A stretch of 64,000 nt of DNA from Promethearchaeota archaeon (GTDB taxonomy: Archaea > Asgardarchaeota > Lokiarchaeia > Sigyniarchaeales > SOKP01): assembly GCA_019057865.1 (NCBI GenBank), contig JAHLWP010000005.1, positions 32,001 to 96,000 of the forward strand, in the 5' to 3' direction. The first letter of the stretch is position 1, and each line of letters begins with the position of its first letter. Under the pieces are notes generated by a model, which saw only the letters and a program-made list of their open reading frames with translations, did no database searches and was not told the origin of the DNA. The position numbers and the translations under genes were made by a program. This document shows positions 38,842 through 48,550 of this stretch, piece after piece.

Positions 38842-39990
38842 TTGAGAGAATGGTCTGCGATAGTTTTGGCAGGTGGAAAAGGTAAACGATTAATGCCCTT
38901 AACTGCCTTGATTCCAAAACCACTTGTAAAAGTTACCAATGTCCCTATGGTAGACTATGCAATTGCACATTTAATATACGTAGATATAAAGCATATAATA
39001 CTCGCATTGGCTTATAAGGGCGAAGATTTAAAAGAATATATTAAAAAAACATGGCCACCAGATAGATTGGGAGATGTAGAATTAGAATGTGAGATACAAG
39101 ACAGTCAGGGTACCGCTGATGCTTATAGATTATTAACTGATTTTATTGACTCAGAAAATGTTGTTGTATCGATGGCGGACATAGTTACAAATCTCCCAAT
39201 GAAAGATTTCATGAAGTTCCACTCTGAAACAGAGGGATTGGCAACAATTTCTATGAAAACAGTTGAAAGTCATATTTCTCAATATGGTGTTGTTTTATTA
39301 GATAAAGATCGAAAAATTTATCTATTTTTGGAAAAACCAGCTCCAATGGAATTATATTTGAGTAGTATGGCTCAAAGAACTGATTTATTTTTGCATACAA
39401 ACATAATTAATACGGGGATTTATTGTTTTAATAAAAAAATTGGGGATATCCTTCATGAGACAGGTTTAATGGATTTTGGGGGTGAACTATTTCCATATCT
39501 CCTTGAAAACCAATATGATTTGTATGGTTTTGTAAAGAATTATTATTGGCTTGATTGTGGCAACTATCAAACCTATATGTGGGCGAATTGGGATTTACTA
39601 CGCCATTATGCCTGGCCAATCACACCCAATGGAAAAGAATATGATGGTATTTATGTTATGGGAATTATAAATTCAGGCCAAAATATTACAATTGCAAAGC
39701 CAACTTGCTTCGGTAAATTTGTTAAGTTAGAAAATCGCGTCAAAATTAAAGAACTTACATCAATAGGCAGTAATGTTACAATCGGAGAGGATACTGTAAT
39801 TGAGAAGAGTGTTATCTGGGATGAGGTGAAAATTGGTGCTGGTTGTATTATTAATGAAAGCATTATTTGTAATAATTGTGAAGTAGGAGATAATGTTGTT
39901 TTAGAGAGGGCAATAATTGCTCCAAATTGTAAAATAAGTAATGATCGCCAAATAAGAGATCAAACTCTCGAAGTTGGACAACAATTATAA
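38842..39990 (+). CDS. NDP-sugar pyrophosphorylase with left-handed beta-helix (GMPP/GlgC-like)
   Basis: LAGGKGKRL.PLT..PKPL, GTAD, EKP, YWLDCG, hexapeptide repeats. Confidence 0.92.
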   Translation: MREWSAIVLAGGKGKRLMPLTALIPKPLVKVTNVPMVDYAIAHLIYVDIKHIILALAYKGEDLKEYIKKTWPPDRLGDVELECEIQDSQGTADAYRLLTDFIDSENVVVSMADIVTNLPMKDFMKFHSETEGLATISMKTVESHISQYGVVLLDKDRKIYLFLEKPAPMELYLSSMAQRTDLFLHTNIINTGIYCFNKKIGDILHETGLMDFGGELFPYLLENQYDLYGFVKNYYWLDCGNYQTYMWANWDLLRHYAWPITPNGKEYDGIYVMGIINSGQNITIAKPTCFGKFVKLENRVKIKELTSIGSNVTIGEDTVIEKSVIWDEVKIGAGCIINESIICNNCEVGDNVVLERAIIAPNCKISNDRQIRDQTLEVGQQL

Positions 39991-41706
39991 TTATTTTTTA
40001 GCAAAAGGCTCGAGATCTAAAGCTTCAAATATTCCATCATTAGCTTCAAGCGTTCCTAAGAAATGCCATTCACCTTCTTCGACATTCTCACCCTTAGCAT
40101 ATGTCTCTGCCATATTGTAAAGTCTTTTAAAATTTTCATAATGTAATGCTACTCTATTTTCTGCATAGTCTCTTGCACTCCAAGTTGTTATGAGAAATTG
40201 CCAATCACTACTTTCTAATAATAGGAGTTCCCTTGCCATTTGCTTTAAAATTTTGATTAGATGGGGATCATTTGAATTTTTAAATTTAGAAATGATTTCT
40301 TCGCTCTTAGCTTCGCATTCGTATATTCTCTCCCATGTCCAGGTTGTCCACTCATTAAACCATACCCAGTGAGAAGAAGCCTGCCCCCATGACCCTTCAA
40401 TAATCTGGACAACTTTATTCGGAGGATTTGCTTCAAGATATAATCTTGTATTTGTTAGATTTATTTCGGGATCATCCTCTACCCATCTGAGAACTCTAGC
40501 TAACCACCAGTTTCCCTCAAACCACCAGTGTCCAAATAATTCTGCATCATAAGGAGCTACAATAATTCCGTTTCTCCCAAATTTACCTTTAAAAGTACGT
40601 AAAATATCTTTAATAAGATTTATATAATGGCTTGCATTTTCGTCTAGTTTACCAGGTACATCATCTGGCCAATATAACATCTTTCTTCCTAAATCTAATT
40701 TAGCTTCTGTTACTTTCCAATAGCGTAAACCCCCAGGGTAATGCTTCTTATGAAAATCAAGGTATTCTGCACAACCAGGATATCCATGTTCTCCACTCCA
40801 TACCACTATACCGGTTTTTTCATCTCTCGTAAAAAATCCAACAGGAGCAGGTGTAGATGGATCAGTAGATACTAAATATGGTTCATATTGTGATTTTTCA
40901 AATGAAGTTGGAATTTCTTCATACTGGGAAGAGAATTGCTTCCATAGTTCAGCAAGTAACGGAAATCGAGCAGCATAAACTCCTTGTGATTTTCCACCTA
41001 AAAGTAATGCTGTATCTATAAAAAAATACTTTAATCCATTTTTAGCAAGAAAATATTCTACACCAGGTCTTTCATATTCTTCTTCTGTTATAGGATTTTT
41101 CCACCGATAACCCGGGCGATAACCACACTCAGGTAACCAAGCACCTGTGGGGGCTCTTCCAAAAAGCCTTTTATAACTATCAACAGCAGTTTTATATTGA
41201 GCATCAATGGAAGTATCCTTTGAGAGGAGAGGTGCATATCCGTGAGTAGCTCCGCAGGTAATTATATCTAAAAGTCCCATATCTTGCAGATTTTTAAACG
41301 CACCTATAATATCCTTATTGTATCTATGAATAAAATTCTCCCTAACACGCTCATAAAACTCTTGCCACCATTTAGATAACTTTATTCTTCCTTCTTTATA
41401 TTTATTTTCTGTAAAATCTTCATAATCATGTAATGCTGCATTATATTTTTCATCTAAATAACCTAAAAATCCATCAATAAAAGATGGATGACTTAACATC
41501 TCACATAGCACCGGTGTAAGACCAACAGTTAATTTTGGGTGATATCCATCATCAATCAATTTGTATAATTCCATTAAAAGGGGAATATATGTTTCGGCGG
41601 CTGCCTCGTTTACCCAATCTGTACCATGGGGCCACACACCATGTCCTAAAACCCAAGGTAAATGTGCATGAAGCACAAGACTGAAAGAACCTAATGATTT
41701 AGTCAT
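39991..41706 (-). CDS. GH57 1,4-alpha-glucan branching enzyme
   Basis: HAHLP, ETYIPLL, ATHGY, WLPECG, YDAELFGHWWFEG, ELLLLESSDW. Confidence 0.94.
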   Translation of the reverse strand: MTKSLGSFSLVLHAHLPWVLGHGVWPHGTDWVNEAAAETYIPLLMELYKLIDDGYHPKLTVGLTPVLCEMLSHPSFIDGFLGYLDEKYNAALHDYEDFTENKYKEGRIKLSKWWQEFYERVRENFIHRYNKDIIGAFKNLQDMGLLDIITCGATHGYAPLLSKDTSIDAQYKTAVDSYKRLFGRAPTGAWLPECGYRPGYRWKNPITEEEYERPGVEYFLAKNGLKYFFIDTALLLGGKSQGVYAARFPLLAELWKQFSSQYEEIPTSFEKSQYEPYLVSTDPSTPAPVGFFTRDEKTGIVVWSGEHGYPGCAEYLDFHKKHYPGGLRYWKVTEAKLDLGRKMLYWPDDVPGKLDENASHYINLIKDILRTFKGKFGRNGIIVAPYDAELFGHWWFEGNWWLARVLRWVEDDPEINLTNTRLYLEANPPNKVVQIIEGSWGQASSHWVWFNEWTTWTWERIYECEAKSEEIISKFKNSNDPHLIKILKQMARELLLLESSDWQFLITTWSARDYAENRVALHYENFKRLYNMAETYAKGENVEEGEWHFLGTLEANDGIFEALDLEPFAKK

Positions 41707-41869
41707 GTTTATTTAATTTTTAAATTATAATTATAAATTATTTAATTTTGCATCTCTTATATACTAATCATCATTCTAATATTCTTGAAAACACAAAAAA
41801 TATATATAGTAGATTTAGTATCATATACATACTCTCTATTTAACACATATTAAGAAATTCAAAAATTAT

Positions 41870-43261
41870 TTGATCAAAATGGTTAAAAATCTCAAGGACA
41901 TGATCAAAAGCGGTAGAATTGTTGGTAGAGCTAATTATGTCTTTACGCCGGAGATATCAAGTTCTATTGGCTCTATACATGGTAGCTTATTTGATCAAAA
42001 TGAATCAATTGTAATTGGGAGAGATTATCATAATGATAGTAGAATGTTAAAAAGAGCATATACTTCAGGAATTATGTCTACCGGTATTAATCTTTTAAAC
42101 TTATCGGATTGCACATTTCCTATGCTACAATTTACTATACGCCGTTTTGGTGCAAGTGGAGGAGTTTACGTTTCTGGGGGACATCTATATAGTGAAGATG
42201 TTGGGATTAGATTTGTAAATGCAGGTGGAATTGAATTAGCGCAAACAGAAATTCAAAAAATAGTTAAATCTTATAATAACTATCCAGAGAAGGTAAGAAG
42301 AGTTGAACCAAACGAAATTGGTCAAATTACAGCAATTCCGCAAACTGATGATATTTATATTAAGTCTCTGCAGCAATTTGTTAATAAGAAAAGGATAAAA
42401 AAAGCGGATTTAAGGATTGTTGTTGATTGTTCTTATGGACCTACTGGAAAAATTACTCCACTTTTACTTAATGATATAGGAGTAGAAGTTATAGCTCTAA
42501 ATACACATTATCGTGAGAGAACACAAAATCCAGTACCGAATATCAACACAATAAGAAATACGGCAAATATAGTCAAAGCATCAAACAGTCATTTAGGTAT
42601 CTGTTTTGATGTGGATGGGTCAAGAATTTTAGTAATTGATGAAAATGGTTTAGAAGTTAATTTTGAAGATTTATTAATGCTTTTTGTCTCATACGATGAA
42701 AGGATACAAAAGTCAAAAGCAAATACAATTATTACAACACCTTCCATTTCACCTATAGTAAAAAGATTTATTGAAGATAATGGTTTTCCTGTAAAGCAAG
42801 TTGAAAACCTTCCAGGAGAGATCTCTAGGCATATTAGAGAAGAACGTGCGTGTTTTGCTGCATCTGATACTTTAAAGTTTTATCTCCCAGAGTACTCTCC
42901 ATTTTCGGATGGTAATTTCATTCTTCTTAAGATTCTTGAAATAATGACTAATCAGAATGATTTACTTGGCTCTCTATCAAGAGGATTTCCCAAAGGTATA
43001 AAAATTAATAAATCAATTTCAATTTCACCTAGCTTGCTTGATAACTTTCACAATCAATTAATAAAATTAACAGAAGAACATGGTTTCAAATACCTTGATA
43101 TAATTAATGAATTAAAAATTATTGATAATGAAGTTTTTACTACAATAAAAGTTGCACTTAATAGAAGCGCTATATTATTATCCGCAGAATCTTGCGTCGA
43201 GGATACTAATGCGGCAAAAAATATGATTCAAACCTTGGAAGAGATAATAAAGAATATGTAG
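41870..43261 (+). CDS. Phosphoglucomutase/phosphomannomutase-fold protein with degenerate catalytic motifs
   Basis: GRD..SRML, GGVYVSGGH (no TASHN serine), IVVDCSYG, FDVDGSR (cf. DGDxDR), DG; ATG at 41879 is the likelier start. Confidence 0.85.
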   Translation: MIKMVKNLKDMIKSGRIVGRANYVFTPEISSSIGSIHGSLFDQNESIVIGRDYHNDSRMLKRAYTSGIMSTGINLLNLSDCTFPMLQFTIRRFGASGGVYVSGGHLYSEDVGIRFVNAGGIELAQTEIQKIVKSYNNYPEKVRRVEPNEIGQITAIPQTDDIYIKSLQQFVNKKRIKKADLRIVVDCSYGPTGKITPLLLNDIGVEVIALNTHYRERTQNPVPNINTIRNTANIVKASNSHLGICFDVDGSRILVIDENGLEVNFEDLLMLFVSYDERIQKSKANTIITTPSISPIVKRFIEDNGFPVKQVENLPGEISRHIREERACFAASDTLKFYLPEYSPFSDGNFILLKILEIMTNQNDLLGSLSRGFPKGIKINKSISISPSLLDNFHNQLIKLTEEHGFKYLDIINELKIIDNEVFTTIKVALNRSAILLSAESCVEDTNAAKNMIQTLEEIIKNM

Positions 43262-43384
43262 GTTTAAAAATTTTTATGACTATTCTTGTGTGTATCTTTT
43301 CTAAATGATTTAAAAATTTAAAAAACATACAAATAATTATATAATAATAATATTTTAAAAATAAAATTATAGGATGATATAACC

Positions 43385-44056
43385 TTGGCAGTTGACGTAT
43401 ATCAAATAATAATATTAGCAACATTATTCATTATTTATGGGATCTTTTTAATGTTTGATTTATTTGGAAGAAACGAAAATTATGGCTATTTAGCATATGT
43501 TGTAGCAGTTATCCCAATTAATTATCTCTGGTCTATGGGCCCAGATTATGTAATAGCGGCATATTTTATTCTCTTCATCTTATGGGATATTACATTATTA
43601 CGCGATACATTTGGGCTTTATTTTAAAAAGAATAAAGAAATTAATGAGATATTTTTATACTTGGTTCTTGGTATTCTAATACAAATAATCATTTCAGCGA
43701 TTTTACCTGAAGGAGATTCTGCTTTACAAGTTAATACTGAACAATTATGGTTTTTTTGGTTGCCTAATATTCATTCAGCAGTTTTTGAGGGAGAATCGCT
43801 CATTTTAGGCTTTAAGCTTGCAGCGAGTTTAATGGTATTACTTATAGTTGTACCATTAATTCTAGATATTAAAGATGAGGAAATCCCACTTCCTATGTTT
43901 ATTATCATCATCGCAATTTTTATCCTTCCTTTTCTCTATATTAGTTATATTTGGCTTCCTGGTCCTGAAACATTAGGGGTTTTAACATTCTTATTTTCAG
44001 TGATTCTATTTATAATCTTACTTCTAATAACTCGGAGTGGAAAAGAGACAAAATGA
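43385..44056 (+). CDS. Multi-pass membrane protein, unknown function
   Basis: About 7 hydrophobic segments; TTG start. Confidence 0.8.
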   Translation: MAVDVYQIIILATLFIIYGIFLMFDLFGRNENYGYLAYVVAVIPINYLWSMGPDYVIAAYFILFILWDITLLRDTFGLYFKKNKEINEIFLYLVLGILIQIIISAILPEGDSALQVNTEQLWFFWLPNIHSAVFEGESLILGFKLAASLMVLLIVVPLILDIKDEEIPLPMFIIIIAIFILPFLYISYIWLPGPETLGVLTFLFSVILFIILLLITRSGKETK

Positions 44057-44106
44057 GCAGAGATTGTAGCAAAATAACCAAAGGTTATAACACGGAGTGG
44101 TAAAGA
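44027..44106 (+). repeat. In-frame duplicate of a gene 3' end (18/20 bp, 60 bp apart)
   Basis: ATAACTCGGAGTGGAAAAGA (44027) vs ATAACACGGAGTGGTAAAGA (44087); both read ITRSGKE. Confidence 0.75.
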
Positions 44107-44233
44107 AGTTAAATACAAAAATTAATATTTTTTATTCTTCTATTAATTTTTTATTATTATTTTTATATTTGTATAACAATAGGATATCAAATTTAGAGAA
44201 AATCTAAATTAAAATCAATAAAAAGAGAATATT

Positions 44234-45232
44234 ATGGCAAAAAAAGTAACCCAATCTGATGAAGATAGCGACGAAAAAGATAAAAACTCAAAAACTTCAT
44301 ACAGTCTCAAAGATCTTCCTGGTGTTGGAGACGCAACAATAAAGAAATTAAAAGATGCGGGAATTGTGTCTATTAGAACTCTGGCAATGTATCCACTACG
44401 AAAATTAATGGATGAAGCAGGGATAGGGGAAAAGACAGCTGAAAAAATAATTAAAGTAGCTCAAGATATCGAAAAAATGGGTTTTAAATCTGCAGATTTA
44501 ATTTGGGAAAAAAGAAGAACATTAAAGAAATTAACTACGGGAAGCCCGAATTTAGATGAATTATTAATTGGAGGTATTGAACCAGGTGCTGTTACAGAAC
44601 TTTTCGGTGAATACAGAACTGGGAAAACCCAATTAGCACATCAACTTTGTGTTAATGTACAATTTTCTTATGAACAGGGGGGTCTTGAAGGAGCGGCTTT
44701 ATATATAGATTCTGAAGGAACCTTTAGACCGGAAAGAATAATCCAGATGGCGTTAGCTAAAGATTTAGATCATAATAAAATTTTAAAAAACATCATTATC
44801 GGACGAGCTTATAATAGCGATCATCAAATTCTGCTTGTGAAAGAAGCTCCGAAAATAATTTCAGAAAAAAAAATAAAAATAATTGTAGTAGATTCATTAA
44901 TATCGCATTTTCGAAGTGAATATATTGGAAGGGGGACTCTATCAGAACGTCAACAAATTTTAAATACTCATATTCATGATTTATTAAGATTGACTGAAAT
45001 CTATGATGAATTAGCTGTTGTTTTTACTAATCAGGTTTCAGCTAGGCCTGATGTGTTTTATGGTAATCCTTTAACACACACAGGTGGGCATATTGTTGCT
45101 CATGGGGCAACTATAAGAATATTTTTAAGAAAAGGAAAAGGAGAACAGAGAATAGCTAAGGTTGTTGATGCTCCTCATATACCTGAACAAGATGCTGTAT
45201 TTTCTATAACTGAAAATGGAATTTCAGATTAA
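44234..45232 (+). CDS. radA: Archaeal recombinase RadA
   Basis: N-terminal HhH, GF polymerisation motif, GEYRTGKT, YIDSEGTFRPER, VVDS, TNQV, GGHIVAH. Confidence 0.96.
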   Translation: MAKKVTQSDEDSDEKDKNSKTSYSLKDLPGVGDATIKKLKDAGIVSIRTLAMYPLRKLMDEAGIGEKTAEKIIKVAQDIEKMGFKSADLIWEKRRTLKKLTTGSPNLDELLIGGIEPGAVTELFGEYRTGKTQLAHQLCVNVQFSYEQGGLEGAALYIDSEGTFRPERIIQMALAKDLDHNKILKNIIIGRAYNSDHQILLVKEAPKIISEKKIKIIVVDSLISHFRSEYIGRGTLSERQQILNTHIHDLLRLTEIYDELAVVFTNQVSARPDVFYGNPLTHTGGHIVAHGATIRIFLRKGKGEQRIAKVVDAPHIPEQDAVFSITENGISD

Positions 45233-45273
45233 AATATCATCTCTCTTTAAAAGAAAATTATAAATAAAAAACA

Positions 45274-45711
45274 CTAATAATTAAGATTTACTTCCACATC
45301 AATTCCTTCTCTCACAGCTTGGGTAACAGTACAATATTGCTCAAACATTTTTCTACATTGATCTGCTCTTTTTCTGGTTTCTGGATCGTCAATTTTTACA
45401 TCAATATTGACATCAATTTTTTTAACCCTCCAAAATCCCTTTTGATTTCGAGCAATAGTTACTTCAGCTTCAGCTTTTAAATCATCTATAGTCAAATTTC
45501 TTTTCTTCAAACAAAAGATAAAACTAGCACTTAGACACCCCAATATAGCCATTCCTAACATTCTAGAGGGATTAGGACCTAACATATCCACCTCATCTTT
45601 ATGAGCTTCATCAATATAGCAATCTTTAACTTTCATTTCTCCAAGATCGCATTTAAATATCATTTCTTCTTCTAAAGTCAATCCTACTTTAGTTTTCAAT
45701 CCTTCTGTCAT
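45274..45711 (-). CDS. OsmC/Ohr family protein
   Basis: GPNP..L..ILGC and YCTV cysteine pair. Confidence 0.88.
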   Translation of the reverse strand: MTEGLKTKVGLTLEEEMIFKCDLGEMKVKDCYIDEAHKDEVDMLGPNPSRMLGMAILGCLSASFIFCLKKRNLTIDDLKAEAEVTIARNQKGFWRVKKIDVNIDVKIDDPETRKRADQCRKMFEQYCTVTQAVREGIDVEVNLNY

Positions 45712-45758
45712 TAAAGTTCACTTTTCATGTTTAAAAAGGTTGTATAACTCTTCTCTTT

Positions 45759-46361
45759 TTATTTCAATATTTCTTGTGATTCATTTTTTTTTAAGTTAAA
45801 GTGGCGATATAAATGGAATAATATAAATGGAAAATAGATTAATATGAGTAAGATATATGGAAATGCTAATAATGTTATAGATAAAATCATTAGAATAAAA
45901 ATTAGAACCTCTATTACCATACAAATTTTATTGTTATAATATTTTTCATCAAAAAAAGAAGCAGGATTTTTATATTTACTCAAATATTCAGATATGTTCT
46001 CAAATTCTTCTTTTGAAATTAAAAATTTGGGACCAATCTGTTTTTTTTGAAAATAAAAAAAATTTGTACCCCAATCAAGGGTATCAAGTAATACATGAAT
46101 TGAATAACCGTAACCACTTATATATAAAGCTGGCCAATCTATTATATGCCCTAAAATTATAATAATTAAACTTGGAATTATGGAATGTGTGATTAACATT
46201 CGATGATTTTCATTTTTAGCATATTTGGAAAGAAAAACATCAAAATCACTAATAAATGCAAAAAAGACTATCATAGAGAATTCAAATAAATTAAAGTTAA
46301 AATAATAATTAAGAATGGATGCTAAGATTACTCCTATTCCAAAATGAGTATTAATATGGAT
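45759..46361 (-). CDS. Membrane metal-dependent hydrolase-like protein (YdjM-like); start extended upstream to ATC at 46361
   Basis: SDFD, HRMLITHS, HVLLD. The frame stays open for 29 codons upstream of the track ATG (IHINTHFGIG...), supplying the N-terminal TH motif; GGTGA lies 6 nt before the ATC. Confidence 0.7.
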   Translation of the reverse strand: MHINTHFGIGVILASILNYYFNFNLFEFSMIVFFAFISDFDVFLSKYAKNENHRMLITHSIIPSLIIIILGHIIDWPALYISGYGYSIHVLLDTLDWGTNFFYFQKKQIGPKFLISKEEFENISEYLSKYKNPASFFDEKYYNNKICMVIEVLIFILMILSITLLAFPYILLILIYFPFILFHLYRHFNLKKNESQEILK

Positions 46362-46378
46362 TAGAATTCACCATAATT

Positions 46379-47362
46379 TTATATAATATATCTTCTTTTG
46401 TGTATTCTTTTTAAAACTTTTTCTTTTCTTTTAAAACCAGAAGGTCCTTTCTTTTCTACTAAAAAGGAAGCAGCAGCAGAAGCTAAATGAGCAGAATTCT
46501 CAATTGCGTTCCATAATTTATCGGAATGTATAAATTCATATAAAAATATCGAAAAATAGACGTCTCCAGCTCCTGTTTCATCAATAATTTTTCTAGCTTT
46601 AAAAGCCGGAATTTTCAAGGTTTTCTCTCCTTTTTTAATAAGCATTGACCCTCTCTCGCCCAGGGTCATAATGAAGATTGCATTATTATCGAATTTAAGA
46701 AAATGATTCATAACTTTATATAAATCTTCATTCTCACCTGCTAATAATTTCATTTCTTCTTCTGAACCTTTAAGGATCAATTTATCTCCAATTAAATTTA
46801 TTATTTCATCCATGTTTGAAATTATCTGTTCATCATATATATAAGCAACTTTACCATCTTCTCTAATTTTTCTAAGAAAACCCTGAAGATCTACACCTAA
46901 ATATATATTAGGAAATTGTTTCAATATTTGTGAAACATAATCAATTGAAATTTCATTACATAAGGGTACTAGAACAATAATTTCAGGCGGGTTGTCAAGA
47001 TACTCTACTGGAATATCATTAAATTTTAAATTAGGACTCCGAGATTTGAGAGTTAAGGTTCTAGAATGGTTATAATAGTCTAATACAAATTGAGTATTGT
47101 TTACCTCTGAGTATTTTATTCCTTTTAAATTAATATTTTTATGATTAATTCCATCTAGCAAAGAATAATCAAAATTTAATTTCCCTAAATGTGAAATTAT
47201 ACTAATATTAATATCTTGAGAATAAGTACTCAAGGCTAAAGAACAATATGATACACTTCCTCCCAAGCTTGGCTTATTTCTTCGTTTAAATCTTATAATT
47301 GTATCAATAGCAAAGTGTCCTGCGAAAATAATGGAGGAGGATTTTTTATTTTGAAAAGTCAT
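46379..47362 (-). CDS. PfkB family carbohydrate kinase
   Basis: GGSVSY, DLQGF, TLGERG, DETGAGD. Confidence 0.92.
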   Translation of the reverse strand: MTFQNKKSSSIIFAGHFAIDTIIRFKRRNKPSLGGSVSYCSLALSTYSQDINISIISHLGKLNFDYSLLDGINHKNINLKGIKYSEVNNTQFVLDYYNHSRTLTLKSRSPNLKFNDIPVEYLDNPPEIIVLVPLCNEISIDYVSQILKQFPNIYLGVDLQGFLRKIREDGKVAYIYDEQIISNMDEIINLIGDKLILKGSEEEMKLLAGENEDLYKVMNHFLKFDNNAIFIMTLGERGSMLIKKGEKTLKIPAFKARKIIDETGAGDVYFSIFLYEFIHSDKLWNAIENSAHLASAAASFLVEKKGPSGFKRKEKVLKRIHKRRYII

Positions 47363-48511
47363 TTATGATGATTTTAATTCTTCAATAATTTTATTCTTTT
47401 CTTCTATTGTTAACTTTAACTTATTTATTCTATTCTGCAAATCTTCAATTAAATCAGCCATTGGACCGCTAGGGATGGTTTTCTGAGCAGGTTTTAACGT
47501 TTGTAATTTTGCTATTAAAGTATCCTTCTCTTTTATTTGTTTTTGAAGATCTTTTACTTTATTTTCAATATTATTAACTAAAGTTGCTGGTTTAGTTTCT
47601 TCCGATTTTAATTTTAAAGAGTTTTGCAATTTCGAAATTTCATTTCTAAGATCTTCATTTTCTTTCTTGAGCTCTTTTATCTCATTAGGTTCTAATTGGA
47701 AACCACCTTTCTCTAAAGTCTGCTTTAATTCTGATTTTTCTTCGGTTAATTGTTTAATTATTCCTTTAGCTCGATTTAAATCAGATTGTAAATCTTGGCA
47801 AAGCAGCTCAAGAGTGGTTGATGGAGATTGAGTTGATTGTGGCGCTATTTCTGGTTCTTTAGATATTTCAACAGGAACGACATAATCTATTGGTAGACTT
47901 TTTAATTTTTCAATTAATTGTTCATTTAGAGATTCATTTTCTTCCATTAATTCATTAATTTTTATATCTTTAGCTTTGACTGATTCTTCATATTCTGTAA
48001 TAAATAATTTCTTTTTTGATAATTCTGACTGTAAATCTTCAATTAAAGCGTTAGTTACTGTTGATTCTGAATCCGATTCAATACTAGGCTTAGGTTTTGG
48101 TTGCCTTGGTGTTGAATAACTTTCTATTCTTAATTCAGCAATCTCTCTCTCTTTTTCATTTAATTCTTCGTCTTTTTCTAGAATTATTCTTTCTAAGGTT
48201 TTTACTTTTTCCTTTAGTTTGATGCTTTCTTGTTTGATAATTTCAGTCGCAGCTCCACTTCCAATCTGTCTTGGTTTTAGTTGTTCTTTTAATCTCTCAT
48301 TTTCTTCAATAGTTTCTTTAATAACTTTTTCAGTTCTACTAAGTAAATCAATGTTTTGCTTGATTTTATTTCTTAAATCTTCGTTTTCTTTTTCTACATC
48401 TTTAATTCTCTCTAAGGTATCTCCTATTACACTAGGTTTTTTCATTTCATTTTCCATCTTTTGCTTCCACAAGCCGATAAAGTCTTCTACTTTTTCATTA
48501 TCTTCTGGCAT
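47363..48511 (-). CDS. Segmented coiled-coil protein
   Basis: Heptad-rich blocks separated by Pro/Ser/Thr linkers; repeated LxxDLQ motif. Confidence 0.8.
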   Translation of the reverse strand: MPEDNEKVEDFIGLWKQKMENEMKKPSVIGDTLERIKDVEKENEDLRNKIKQNIDLLSRTEKVIKETIEENERLKEQLKPRQIGSGAATEIIKQESIKLKEKVKTLERIILEKDEELNEKEREIAELRIESYSTPRQPKPKPSIESDSESTVTNALIEDLQSELSKKKLFITEYEESVKAKDIKINELMEENESLNEQLIEKLKSLPIDYVVPVEISKEPEIAPQSTQSPSTTLELLCQDLQSDLNRAKGIIKQLTEEKSELKQTLEKGGFQLEPNEIKELKKENEDLRNEISKLQNSLKLKSEETKPATLVNNIENKVKDLQKQIKEKDTLIAKLQTLKPAQKTIPSGPMADLIEDLQNRINKLKLTIEEKNKIIEELKSS

Positions 48512-48550
48512 TTTTCAATTATTTTACTTTAAATTATATAATTTATTTCT

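Noticed and set aside
44054-44125. Selenocysteine or stop readthrough at the TGA joining the two ITRSGKE copies
   Set aside because: An in-frame TAA follows seven codons later, and there is no redox motif or evident SECIS.
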